DNA of 53,379 nucleotides, filler included, from Bipalium vagum (Eukaryota): NCBI GenBank assembly GCA_037834085.1. It is 3 parts of 3 records of this genome, joined end to end, with 100 filler letters (N's around TTAATTAATTAA, not from the genome) between each part and the next. Parts side by side here need not be neighbours in the genome. Positions count along the whole stretch, not along the records: positions 36,572 to 53,379 come from JBBMKC010093144.1; 2 more parts are not named here. One strand, 5' to 3'. Shown piece by piece: positions 36,711 to 49,640 of this stretch (position 1 is its first letter; each line of letters starts with the position of its first letter). The notes under the pieces were generated by a model. It saw only the letters and a program-made list of their open reading frames with translations, ran no database searches and was not told where the DNA came from. The position numbers and the translations under genes were made by a program.

Positions 36711-39700
36711 GTTCGAAACATGTTTCTTGATAATAAATGTTTTTAAAAAATTTGATCAAAATTTTTGAAATGCGTCTATTTAAAAAATAAATATATATAT
36801 TTATTTATTTTTATTTGTAAAGATACTTTAAAGTTTTTTATACACCGGTACACTTAAAATTTTTGCATTGTTATTTCATTGGTTTTCACCTGTAGTTCTA
36901 TTTTCTTCATTGTTTATTAAATATCAATTGTTCACAAGTTAATACGACTTTTTTCCGTTTTTTCAAAGTAAAAAAGAGAAAATCGTAACGTGTTTACTTT
37001 CACTGATGCCTAGAGTCGAATTTTGATTGATTTCCAAAAGTACTTTATGGAAATAATTTCCAGAAAAAAATTACTGATCATGCACGAGTCGATATTGTTT
37101 TCTGCTCAAATAAATTCAATTATTGATTTCATTTAAACTTTGGAAAAACAGATTGTTGTATAAAATAAAATACTCCGAACTGCTCGCTATTGATCACAAA
37201 TAACAATTTTTTAACTGTTATAAATTTTTTTTATTTAAGATTCATTTTATCAATTTTTGCAATAAAAATCAGTAAACACTATTATAAAAAATTCATTAAT
37301 AGAATTCATTTGTAAATGTTTTCTCAATATAAAATTTGATAATTTTATTTTTGACTTGTTTCATTAACAGATGGCAGTCGGCTTAATTTTTGTTTGATTT
37401 TCGGTTTCTATTTTTTGTTAGGCAATAGTCTGGCATATTTTTTGAAAAAAAGTTTTCTGTAGTTTCACTTTAAAAGTAAATTCATAACGATAAAGGAATA
37501 GATGTAACCTAAAAGTTATACCTTTACACATCGAGTTTTATGTTTGACTGGTTTGAAAATTTCTTGTTCACACTGTCCATTAAAAATTCCAGAAAATATT
37601 AGTTTGTGATTATTTTATTGTGGTCTTTTTAAGTCTTGGTGTACTCTATAAAATCTATCGTTTTGAGACATTAAGGAGAATTTTCATTTCACTGGATTTT
37701 AAATGAAATTGATAAAATATCTATAATAATTGATATTTTTTAAATTTATAGTATTTTGAATTAATATCATTGATATTTATTTTTATTTATATTTAATACG
37801 GTTTTTTCTTTTTTCCACTCGTCATTAATCTAAAATGCTTTGCTATAGGTTAAATAATAAAGGAAAATAAATGCTTATCATTTTAGATAATCAGTCAAAT
37901 GCATTTTTAAATTGTCCAAAATCGACAGACCCAGAACTTCATTAGTTTATTATTGATTTGAATTCAAAAATTATAATTTATGGATATTTTAATCTAATTT
38001 ATGATTTAATTAGGTACAGTAAAATATACTTCTAAATGAATATCATATATCATTTTAAATGAATTCGTTAAATGTGCTGTATTTCGGCTACACAATTAAT
38101 TCATATTCATAAGATTATATATATTCATTGTTTATCTGTTAATAAATCAATATTATCTAATTATCAACAAAAATACGTTCAAAATCAAATTTTTTGACGT
38201 AGTTAAAATATGTTTATTAAGGGGACTTTCTTATAAAACTAAAAATTCAGAATTAATCTCTTCAATGAGGTTATTTTAATATTTTATATTCTAGGATATT
38301 ATTTTGTGACTTTATAATATTATGTTATCTTTTTTTTTTAATTATCGACTGTCTTCGAGGGATTTCGTATCAAATATTTTAAAAATCCTTGGAGACATTT
38401 TTCATAAAGCTATGAAATTAAATTTTGAATTTTAATATGGTTATATATTGATCACCTTTGTTAGAAGTTATTTAAATTTTTCAATTATTCTATAAAATCT
38501 ATCTACTTAACTAAATCAATTGTTGATGATATGACTAAAAAAGTCGACTTGTTAGTTTAATATATCTCCATAATTTATATTTTGTTTGAGAAGATTTCTG
38601 ATATTTTTTATTTTGATCATAATAATAAATAAATAACAGCAATAATGAAAATACTAGATTGGGTTATTAATTTCCAAAATTTCATGTCATAAAAGGATTC
38701 TTACATGTTTTTTTTACTAATTTTATAAAAAGCAGCAGATTTTTCAAAATCTAACTTTTTCATGATATTGATTTAACAAAAATAAGATTACTGTTTTTGA
38801 TTTTCACTTATCAGTAATATATATTCCAGAGTAAAAATATATAAAAATTGATTTTAATGAATTGTTATTTTCATTAATAAAAGACTATTTCATTGCTATG
38901 CGACATTATTTTTCACTGTAGTGAAGAAAAAATTTTCAATAAATTAATAAATAATAAGCTTACATAAAAGATGTTTCTATAATCGTTTCAGTGATGTATT
39001 TTCTTTATGATAGTTCACTTAATTAAAGTCGATTAATTCTTAAAAATAATAGATTGATAACTTTTTTTATTATTTCGTGTCATTAATAAAACTAATATTT
39101 TATTATTATAATTTTAAAACAAATGGAAATTTTTGAAAAGTATTTTCATTGAAATATGTAACTATTTAATTAAATACAATGAGATATTTGTTCATTTCAT
39201 TGGGCAAAAGATCAAACTATGAAAATTACAGGTAGTTATAAGAAGTCAATATTTTAATAAATAATTTTCGTTGATCTCTTTTTACACTTTTGCTGAGTTA
39301 TTGGTAAAATTAAGCGTGTCTTTTCTGCAAACACAAGTAAATTAACTAAGTAGTCGAAGTGTTATTTTTCATATCTCTCTGTATTCTTAATTGGTAACAA
39401 TAGTTCTGCTAATAATTATGTCACTTGAAACGATTATTTCTTTCTAATTCATTTAATAAATACTAATAAATCACAATTTTGATCATGGTGTGTCCGCTTA
39501 TGTTGATTCTGGTTTTTGGTTATTAAATCTATTCAAAATATTGATTAAATTTGTTCCAATTGAATAGTTGATTTCTATAAATTAATTGATACATAAGTAA
39601 GAAAATCACTTTGTTCTTTATTGAGAAGTCCGAAGTTTCATCATCTGACTTAATAAAAAATGATATTTTAAAAAAATATTTGCCTTTTATTATTATAAAA

Positions 39701-39832
39701 CCTTTTTTAATTTGAGATTTATATTATTTTTCTGAACGTTTAATCATTTTCGAATATTTTAGTATCATAATTTCTAATAATAAAAATTAAGAATTTGAGA
39801 TTTGTTTTGAATATTTTTTCATTGATAAAGAA

Positions 39833-40416
39833 GACTTTGGACAATGTTTTTCTTACCTATTGCGATATTGTAGGTCAAATTATACACATTGGGTGATGAG
39901 CAGGTCATTTTTCATACGGGAAAAAATAGGTCATTTTTCAAATGTTGCATAAACTAAACTTATATTAAGATTGTTTTATACAATAATTATTGTATTGTAC
40001 ATATTAAATTATAATTCAATATGTGCAACCAGTACGATGGAATTATAACCCATAACGATTAGAGATAATATATGGTATTCAATAATTGTACTCAACTATG
40101 AGATATCATAAAATATGATATTTTTTAAAAGTAGGTTATTTATTATTTCATATATAAATTTATAGATCAGTTCTTATCAAATTTCAAGCCAAACTAATAG
40201 AAAATATAAAAATTTATTTTGATAAAAATCATATCTTGTGAAGTGGTCCAAATAAAATAGTTCAGATTGAAGAAACGATGTGAAACCATAGGGTTAAAGA
40301 TCATTTTTGATTGTCAATTTTATCTTTCTTGATATTATTGACATTGGTTTTATATGTAGGTCAAAAAAACCACATAGGTAATTTTTTAGGTCATAAAAAA
40401 AATATTGTCCAAGTCC
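39833..40416. mobile_element. MITE-like non-autonomous element (~580 bp)
   Basis: Left GACTTTGGACAATGTTTTT versus reverse complement of right end GGACTTGGACAATATTTTT; repeated (T)AGGTCA subterminal motifs; no ORF. Confidence 0.55.
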
Positions 40417-41733
40417 AATAAAAAAAACAATAAATTTTAATATCAGTAATAGTTACACAATATCAATACTTTTTTAAAATGAAATTACTTATAATTGAAT
40501 TTTTAAATATGTAATTCGATAGAATGTAAAAATAATATTCTTTAATATCCTTATAACTATATTTTAAATATTTTGTAATAAAAATGCATAATTTTTAAAT
40601 TTATACCATAAATAACATTTTGTAATCTTTTATGAAAAAAATTTGTATTGTAATTTTTTTCAAAATGTAGGTTAATAAATTCAAAACTGATTTTCCTATT
40701 TTAAAATGAAGATACACATTTTCAAAATGCGAGTAAAAACCCTGTATAATTGTATAATGATCAATTTTTTTTATATACGATTGAAATAAATAAATAAAGT
40801 TTTTACTAATATTTAATCTTTAATCTAATTTTAAACTCGGAACGATTTTTTAATACAGTTCGTGAACATTTTTTACATAAAGCACAGTTCATATTAACAA
40901 TTTTCCTCTGTTGAATTAATCGTGAGAATAACAATGATAGATATTTGAAATTTCTTGTAGTATTATATTGAAAAATTAATTAATACTTTATTCAAGATCT
41001 GTTCTTAAACATTGTTCTCCCGAAAAAGATTATTTTCTTTCTAAGTTCCGTCATTGACCTATAATTAAGGCGGTTAAGACCTATTGAGGTAATTTTTTTG
41101 AAGATGAAGTAGTTTTTTTTGCTTACCTACTTTTAGTAGGATTAAAATTTAAAATATTTATATTAGTTTTTTAAAATCATTTTTGCAAAATTGATTTATA
41201 TTTATTTATTTTAACTGATAATCTATATAATTATTGACTAAAAAAAATAATTATCTAAAACCAAGAGATGTTATAATTTTGATATATTACATTTATTTTG
41301 ACAGTACATTCAGGATATGATTTTAATATCAAGCAATTTAATTTTACAAAATATATTAAAAGAATTCTTTTATTAAAATTTTTAAAGTTTTATATCATTT
41401 GAAATACAAATATTAGCACAAAATCAATATGAGAAAAAATTCATATACATTTAAAAATATTTTTCCATTATTAAACAGGTTCATAAAATTTTATTTCTTC
41501 AGTTCCAGAGAATTGATTTTTAACTAAAAACTGATTTTTGTTATTAATATTGATATTTTTTGATGTAAACGATATTCAAATTTTTTAGTAATTGCGTTAT
41601 TACAGCTGTGAATTATATAGTACAGTGAAAATTCTTGAAAAAAAAATTTACAAAAAGTTGTTTCATAATAATCAAATTTTAATAAAATATTGGAAATTGG
41701 CCACAACTCTTTGATTTGCTGTTTTTTGCAGAT

Positions 41734-44700
41734 ATGTACATGCTAGGGAAAACATCAGAGAATCCTCTTCATTCTAACGGTGCTTATAATTCAGCTGTTA
41801 GCAATCTTGACTCAAATTTCAGTGCGCTCTCTTTAAATTCTTCACAAGCAAAAATTCAGCCAAATCCACAACTTGTTCCAAACAATAGAAAACCAACACA
41901 ATTGACCAACACCAATAATGTGAGTCCTTTTTTCCCATTTTAATTTCCATGAGCCACTTTAAAAGACGCTTCACTGAATCATGTTTGATTTAAAAATTGT
42001 ATTGGTGACATTGAAAAATGGCGGCATTTTTCTGTGACACATCACATCGATTAAATAATAGTTTTTACTCATCAAAACTTTATCCTTTATATTGATTATT
42101 AAAATGTACATTAGACCAAAGTGTAGTACATTATCAATCGATTAACGGGAGTGTACTGTTTCGGGTGTCTTCTATCATTGTTTTTATAAAATTATAATGA
42201 CAGTGACTCTTGACTTGAATAATGGTAATACAAACAACAAAAATAATAATAAAAACACTACAAAAAGTTATTGTAATAAACAGAATTTTTTATTTTAAAT
42301 CATAAATTAAAATAATTATGAATATAAAATAAATCTTTCATGTAAGTATAAGTTACAATATAGAATTTTTATTAAATCAATAATTAAAATTTTCAATTAT
42401 ATCAAATCAATATTTCATATATTTAAAAATCTTTTCACAAATGTTATTTTTAATCTTTTGTAATTTTCTTACCTATTGAAAATCTTTTTGATTTAATCAA
42501 TTCAAAGTCTTTATAAAATTTCTTTGTTTAAAATTTATCTTACTACTCTGAATATGTACTGACACTTATTAGAATAATTAAAATTCAATTAGTTGATCCA
42601 ATCGATCAGTTCTCTAATATTTGTTATTAATTGTGGATTTTACTTTCTTTTGGAAAATTTTTTACTACTGTTTAACTAATTTAATTCATTTCAAGTGATT
42701 TTGTATATTACACGAAATATTTAAACAAAAATCTGAGATGTGATTGGACATTTTCATCATTTTCAAAACTGTACTTGTGAAAATTGATTTTACCATCCGC
42801 TCGAGTAAAATTCGATATTCCGGTTATTTAGTGGCATATTTAGTTTTATTTATTAAAATTTACATTTAGTAAATAATTTTATTTCACTTTTCGTAAATTT
42901 TAAAAAATGTAAGTAATGTTATTTAATCTTTTTATTTCAAAAAGATTTGTGCATTTTAAAAAAAGTAATCAATTTTGTAAGAGATTTTAAAATTTTCCAG
43001 GGAAAATTCAAAAATCTAGTGTAATTATGTGAAAAATGTCCGTAACAGTAGCTTAAGACATCCATATCCTCATTTAATCATTTCACATTACTGTGTTCTT
43101 AATTTTGAATTATGTAATCGAAATTCCAATCGGATTGATAAGTGATAATGTCATTAAGATTAGCATAAGTTCAACGATTTCTGTCAAAGTTTAATCGTCT
43201 TATAGGTTTCACTATGGTAACCATAACAACTTATTTTTACTTAACTTATATTTTGATAGTTATCTAATGTACAAATCCTCTTATTTTTCGTTCCTTGTAA
43301 ATGTAAAATTGCTGTCAATTCAATTCTCATTTTCTATTTGGACTTCTACCAATGTTTCTTTGATTATTCAAATGGTTTTATCCATTCTTTTTTATATGAT
43401 TATAGATTTTTTGGTACTGACTAAAAATAATATACTGTGATAACCAAAATTAGTTAAATATTAATTCATGTAGCATATAGGATATAAAAATTGTCTTGTA
43501 ATTTGAAAATATCGATCGTCAATATTTTGAAAAATTTCAAAATCAAGATATTGTGGTGCATTTAAAAATTGCTATCAAAGTCAAAACAAATTTATTAAAA
43601 TCAAATAGATTGATTTTTATTTTCTCATCATGCTTAGAAAAGTACTATCAAGTACTTGAAAAATACTAAAGTCGTTTTAAATACTTTTTCTGTTATTGAT
43701 TTGCTATGTGATCTGAAAAAATATCGAAAATAATTATCATCTATTCGGTTATCAGTCAGGAAATGTGAATTCTGACGCTCCAGCTCCTGGAATACCGTGG
43801 AACCCATACGATCCTAATCTACTGGACGACAATATTCAGAAACAGATAAAAAACAATCATTTTTACGATTTTAATCATCCTTTACAATCAAATCTTTGCA
43901 AATCAGAAGAAATGGAAAGATATAAAGAAATTCTCAAGTGCATTTCTGATCCAAAAATTAAGAAAAGTCTGTCAGAAACTATGCAAAATATCAATCCTTC
44001 ACTATTGCCCATTTCGAATGTAACCAGAGCGAGATTTTTCGTCATCAAATCATATTCAGAAGATGATCTTCATAGAGCCATAAAGTATGGAGTTTGGTGC
44101 AGCACAAAAACGGGAAACCAAAAGCTCGATCTTGCATACCGAGAACTTAACCAAAAGGTATCGGGCAATCAAGAACCCGGTCGATTGTTTCTGTTTTTCT
44201 CAGTAAATGGTTCCGGATTCTTTGCCGGGATTGCTGAAATGGCAAGTTCTGTCAATCCGGACGAAAATTGTGGATTCTGGAGTCAAAACAAGTGGACGGG
44301 TAAATTCAAAATCAAGTGGCATTATGTGAAAGATGTCCGTAACAGTAGCTTAAGACACATTCGTAGCGAAGCAAATGAAAACAAACCCGTTACCAACAGT
44401 AGAGACGCAGTTGAAGTCACTCCGTTTGACAATGGAATAGAATTTATCAAAGTATTCCACCATGCCAAACAGGAAACCTCAGTTTTTGATGATTTCGAAC
44501 ATTATGAGCGCCGAGAAATGGATCCCACTTTGAGTAAGTATTTAAATTAATTCTTATCATACATTGATATATGATAATTATTTTTCAATTACTTTTACCT
44601 TATTTTAATAAAAATTTATTGATTTATATTGATACATTTTTTTATTTTGGTATTTCAGTTTTAATTTTACTTGAATAATGTTTAAGTATATCAATTGCTG

Positions 44701-45058
44701 AATATTGAATATTATTTCAAATTAAAAAAAAAGGTATTATATCTTGTTATTTAGTAGTACTGTTAAATTTGGTATTCAATCTTATATTTTACATTAAATT
44801 TTGGTTATGATAATCATGAAAATCAATATGACAAATCGACTGATTTATTAACGAAGTTAACGAAAAGAATCCAATAATTTTCACTTCAAAATAATAATGT
44901 TGACGGTTTGTTAATCACGAGTCCATGTGATTCATATCATTTTTCTAGAACAAAATTATACAATTACAAAGAAATACGTACTTAAAATCGTTGAACTAAA
45001 TCAAGAAAATCTATCTTACGCAGGGAATTGGCAGCAGAAAAGAACTAATTCTTCATAA
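41734..45058 (+). CDS. YTHDF: YTH-domain family protein (YTHDF-like m6A reader)
   Basis: Exons 41734-41919, 43756-44533, 45024-45058 (about 330 aa). ARFFVIKSYSEDDLHRAIKYGVWCSTKTGNQKLDLAY, LFFSVNGSGFFAGIAEM, WSQNKWTGKF, NKPVTNSRDA; three cage tryptophans present. An AG acceptor precedes the ATG, so an upstream exon is possible. Confidence 0.93.
43001..43060 (+). pseudogene. Intronic duplicate fragment of the YTH exon
   Basis: Aligns with 44299-44357, including an identical 25-mer ATGTCCGTAACAGTAGCTTAAGACA. Confidence 0.85.
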
Positions 45059-46787
45059 CGAATTCTAACATTGTTACCTTATCTGTAATCTTTTCGTGTT
45101 TTTCAACCATCGGACCTATTGCATATGGAAAAAACTTCGGAAACCGTGACGATGTTAAATCAGATTCAACAACTTCAGAATTCTAGATTTTTATTCAACC
45201 GCAATAAATAAATTTATATAATCAAATGATTTTGATTTCAAAAATTTCCAAAAGGTCAAGAACTATCATTCATTTGCACCAATCCATTATATCGTATTGA
45301 TTTTTAAAATTAATTATTACTACTGAAATATTTTAAATAAATCAATAATATTTTAATTGGATAATTCAATTATTTTGTGAAAAATAAATAATATAATTTT
45401 ATCAAAGTAATTTTTATGTTTTATTGGAATTCCGTGAAATGCCTTTACCACAGGAAAGTTTGATTCGTCAGCGTTGACTATTATCGACTTTTAATAGTTG
45501 ATTACAGTAAAAGTTGTTAAGCAATTGAAAGTAATATATTACCGCTAGCTTGTATTTCTTTTTGAATTTAAAGTAATTTTGGGTAAAGAATTGGGGATCC
45601 AGAAAAATACTAAGTATCAATGAAGTTTGAAAATTTAAAATTGTTTTCTTAAATAATCAAATCTGATTGACTGACTGAACAAAGGAAAATATCAAAAAAC
45701 ATTGATATTTCAAATTTTCTATACTTTTACTTTGTGAAAATTTTTATAAAATATGAAGTAAATAACTTCAAATATTTCCAGTGTATAATATTTTATAATT
45801 TGCTAAATCAAGTTTAATTTTTATGATTATTGTACCAATTATAATTTATTTTATTATCAGGTAGGATTTTTTAAAATAATCTTTTAAAAATCGATTGTTA
45901 TGAAAATGAATTGCACTATTAACTGAACTAATTAGAGATAAATAAATAGCTTAATGAATAAAAAATATCTTTGCTACTGAATCTATGACTATATTTAAAA
46001 TTGTTTGTAAAAATATTTAATTCATTGTTAAAAATTTTTACCAAAAGTAAAATTCTATGAATAATAATAATTGGTTAATTATAATTTTTATTTTAAATAA
46101 TTTATCAAAAGAAAAATAATTAACTTTTTTATTGATTTATAATAATTTTTGAAAATTGGCATTGTTTTCTGATTAAATTATATTATATTGGAAAATGTAT
46201 CCTAACCTTATTAATTGAAAAAAATGAGAAATTTTAAATATTTAAATTATATTTGTTATTAGTTATAATGATAATTACATTCTCAGTTGAATTATTTCAC
46301 TAATAATAAATTGTTTTTAATTTAAACAGAAATTTCTATTTCGGAAGAACGTGTTTTTAATTATAAACTTATTTTTTAAAATTTTAACATTACTTTATAC
46401 ATTTCCAAATGTTATTCAAATTTATTTTAATTTAATTATCTCATTATTACAAATATTTATTTAATAATAATTCTAATTTAATTTTTAATTTTATTATTAT
46501 ATAATATAAAACTCTAATATCAAAGTGAAACATTTTTATTTCTTCGAAATACTATTATTACTAATAAAAATGATAATATCTCCATTATCTCCAAGGTAAT
46601 TTTTTCAATCCGTGATTAAATTTGAAATAATAGAACTTTGAATTTTTGATTTTGTTGTTTTATTCAAAATTTATTATCATCATTTATTTAAACATCTATA
46701 AAATATTGAACGTTTTATCAAAAAATCCGTAAATCAGAAAACATTTATCTTTAAATCTTCACTATTTTTTAAAATAAATGTTTTATA

Positions 46788-47430
46788 AAGGGTGACACAA
46801 AAATTCTGCGACAAAGAATTTTTATTAGAAAAAACATTTAAATAGCACTTGGAAAGTGCTTAGATGCATTATGAGAAGATAGTGTAAAATGTTTATTCAA
46901 TAAAGTCTCCTTTTTGAACTACGGCCTTTATTATCTTTGGAATCGCTTCAACTGCCGCACGCACCATACTCATTGGCAGTTTAGTCCATTCTCGTTTCAG
47001 TGTTCGTTTTAGCGCTTCAACCTTTGAATGAGGATTTCTGCACACATTCTTCTCCAATACTGATCAAACACAGAAGTATATTGGATTAAAATCTGGCGTG
47101 GAAAGAGACCATTCTTCTTTTTCCAAAAAGTTGACAACATTGTTCCGGAACCACTCTTATGGTCTTCAGGAAGTGTGAGTTGGTGCTCCATCTTTAAGGA
47201 ACAAAAATTCACCTCCTTGGAACATATCTCGACTGATGTTCTTCACAACTGTCTCCAGTATGTACTCTTCATTATTTTGCATCCTTGGGTTGGGGCTTGA
47301 TTTTCGATGGTTGGAAAATTATTAATTAGTTAAAAATAACAGATGGTACCTATTGTAAGTTAAAAATTAAAATCCATTAAATTTGAAAAACAAAATCGAG
47401 TTCACTTATAAATTATTTAGTGTCACTTTG
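46788..47430 (-). mobile_element. Internally deleted maT/Tc1-like element with both TIRs
   Basis: TA|AAGGGTGACACAAAAATT versus reverse complement of right end TA|CAAAGTGACACTAAATAATT; minus strand FLEKEEWSLSTPDFNPIYFCV*SVLE and FLKDGAPTHT. Confidence 0.85.
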
Positions 47431-47599
47431 TATAATAAAATAAAACTTTTCTCAATCTTTTCCTGAAAAAAACTTGTGTAATTTATAATTTTAATTGACC
47501 AGTTTAATAAATTTTGGAATTCAAACTTTCACATTTTATTAAACATAATTTCTTTATCGTCATCATCATCGCCATCATCTCCAAAATTCAATTTGTATA

Positions 47600-48110
47600 A
47601 TTACCAAGGCTGAAAATATTTCGTTCTTTTAACATCCTTGGGTTCAGTGATATTTTTATTTCTTTCCTGATTTTTTCCAAACTGATCGAAAACTTAATCC
47701 AGACATATTACGTAAACATTTATTTTCTGGTATTTTAAAATCCACTAATTTATGTTCCCAATGTCCCACTTCCAATTGACTGGTGGTATCACGCTAATTA
47801 AATGCTTTTAATTTGTGCCAACAATTATTCATCAACTTCAAAATGTGTCAGCATTCGATTTTTGTGACATTTGACTCGTCGAGCTTTCAATGAAAATTCC
47901 AAAAAAATTATTTTTATTACCACTATTATTTTTTATTATCATCCTTTCTTGTTTTTTTATTTGTTCAAAATTTAAAATTATATCTGGAAGAGGGGAGATT
48001 ACACCAAATGTCATCAAAAATCAAATATATATAATTACATCAAACATAAGTCTCCTTATTAATTCGCTGCCATTTCCCATTTTGTTTTCAATTTTACTTG
48101 TAAAATAAAT
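47600..48110 (-). CDS. Small unidentified multi-exon gene candidate
   Basis: Four short segments join in phase across ~45-nt GT-AG introns: IILNFEQIKKQERMIIKNNS|ARRVKCHKNRMLTHFE|RDTTSQLEVGHWEHKLVDFKIPENKCL|RKNKNITEPKDVKRTKYFQPW*. Confidence 0.35.
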
Positions 48111-49235
48111 TATATTAATACTAGACAAAGTAATTTATAATTAAAAATGAGATTGAATTAAGTTAAAATAGTAAAAGAAGAAAAAATAATGGTCAAAGTC
48201 TTTTTTAAATAATTCCACAAATGGAAGAGTATTGGAAATTTTTGGTTTTATTAATTTTATTTGAAGATCTTCATAATCAATATGATTTTTAATTTAACGA
48301 TTCTATCGGTTGTTTCAAAGTAGAATTTCACAAATGCAACACTTGCTTCTTCTTTTAATTCTGTTTTTTAAGCACTGAAATAAACCAAATTCGAATCGTG
48401 TGCGATATTCCGTTTTGAGAAATATTCTAAATCGATATCAGACACGACACTTTTTTTTAATATTAAGGCTCTTATGCACTGTGTGTTAAATAATGTTAAT
48501 GTATTAAAATTTCTTTTGTGTAGTAATAAAACAATTTAAAATGAAACGATAAAGAAAACACTTGCACAGTTGAACAAAGAAATAAAAAAGGTTTTCGACC
48601 GTTCATCTTGAGAATTTCTTATAATCCTAGGCATCTTCAGATTTTTCATAATCTTTCTGTTTGTTTAAACTTGGAATTATTTTTTCACTATTGATTACAA
48701 ATTTTTTTTCCTGTACTATTTGATTAGGTAAAAAAATTAACCGAAATAACCTATTCTCTGAAAAAATCTCCGAACTATTTAGTTAATAAAGTGAATGAGA
48801 ATTGATTATTGTTGGTACAAATCCATTGATAATTGATCTCTAGTTTTTTATTTTTTCCTTAATATTAAAGTACAATTTATATTTAGAATTTTTTAAAATT
48901 AAAAGTACATATTTCCGAATCTCTTGTAAACAATAAAGTTTCATTTTGGCAAAATTCTGTTTTAATTGATTTTTTAAAATTTTATTTTAGAAAACTATTA
49001 GGTGTTTTCTATTATGAAATTTCGAATTTTCAATATGAAATAAGTCATAAAACCCTTTAAATAAATTTTATTAATTAAAATATTTTCCATTTCTGTTCCG
49101 TATTTTAGTAATTCCTTTTTGGTTGTTCCCTGTCTTAACCCTATTATGATTGTAATTATATATTTATATTTATAAAAGAATTTCTGATAATCATTTTTTA
49201 AAGTTATTAAAGTAATTTAAAATTATTCAGTCATA

Positions 49236-49640
49236 CCAGGTTGAGGAATAATTCATGAGCGTTTTTAAAATAACTTTATTTGAATACAAAATAAAGGAAT
49301 AGCAGACAATATATTATTAACGAAATTACAATAAAATAATCAACAAAAAAGTCTCCGTTGTTGATGTCTTCCTCCCATCGTTCAATAAGTTTTTCAATGT
49401 CTCGACGATAAAATTCCTTCGGTCTGGACTCAAGTTCCACGCCATTATTGAATGATAGGCCACGCAAAGCATTCGAAGCGATCGAAAGAGATATAAATCT
49501 GATGGTGCTAAGTCTGGCGAATATAGGAGTGAAGTAACAGTTCCAATTGGAGTTCTTGAATTGCTGCTTTGGTCATATTGACAATATGAGGATGAGCGTT
49601 ATAGTGCTGCAGAAAAAAACTGAATTATTCCTTAACCCAA
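49236..49640 (-). mobile_element. Internally deleted mariner (405 bp) with both TIRs and TA flanks
   Basis: Left CCAGGTTGAGGAATAATTCA versus reverse complement of right end TTGGGTTAAGGAATAATTCA; YSPDLAPSDLYLFRS and FYRRDIEKLIERWEE. Confidence 0.9.
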
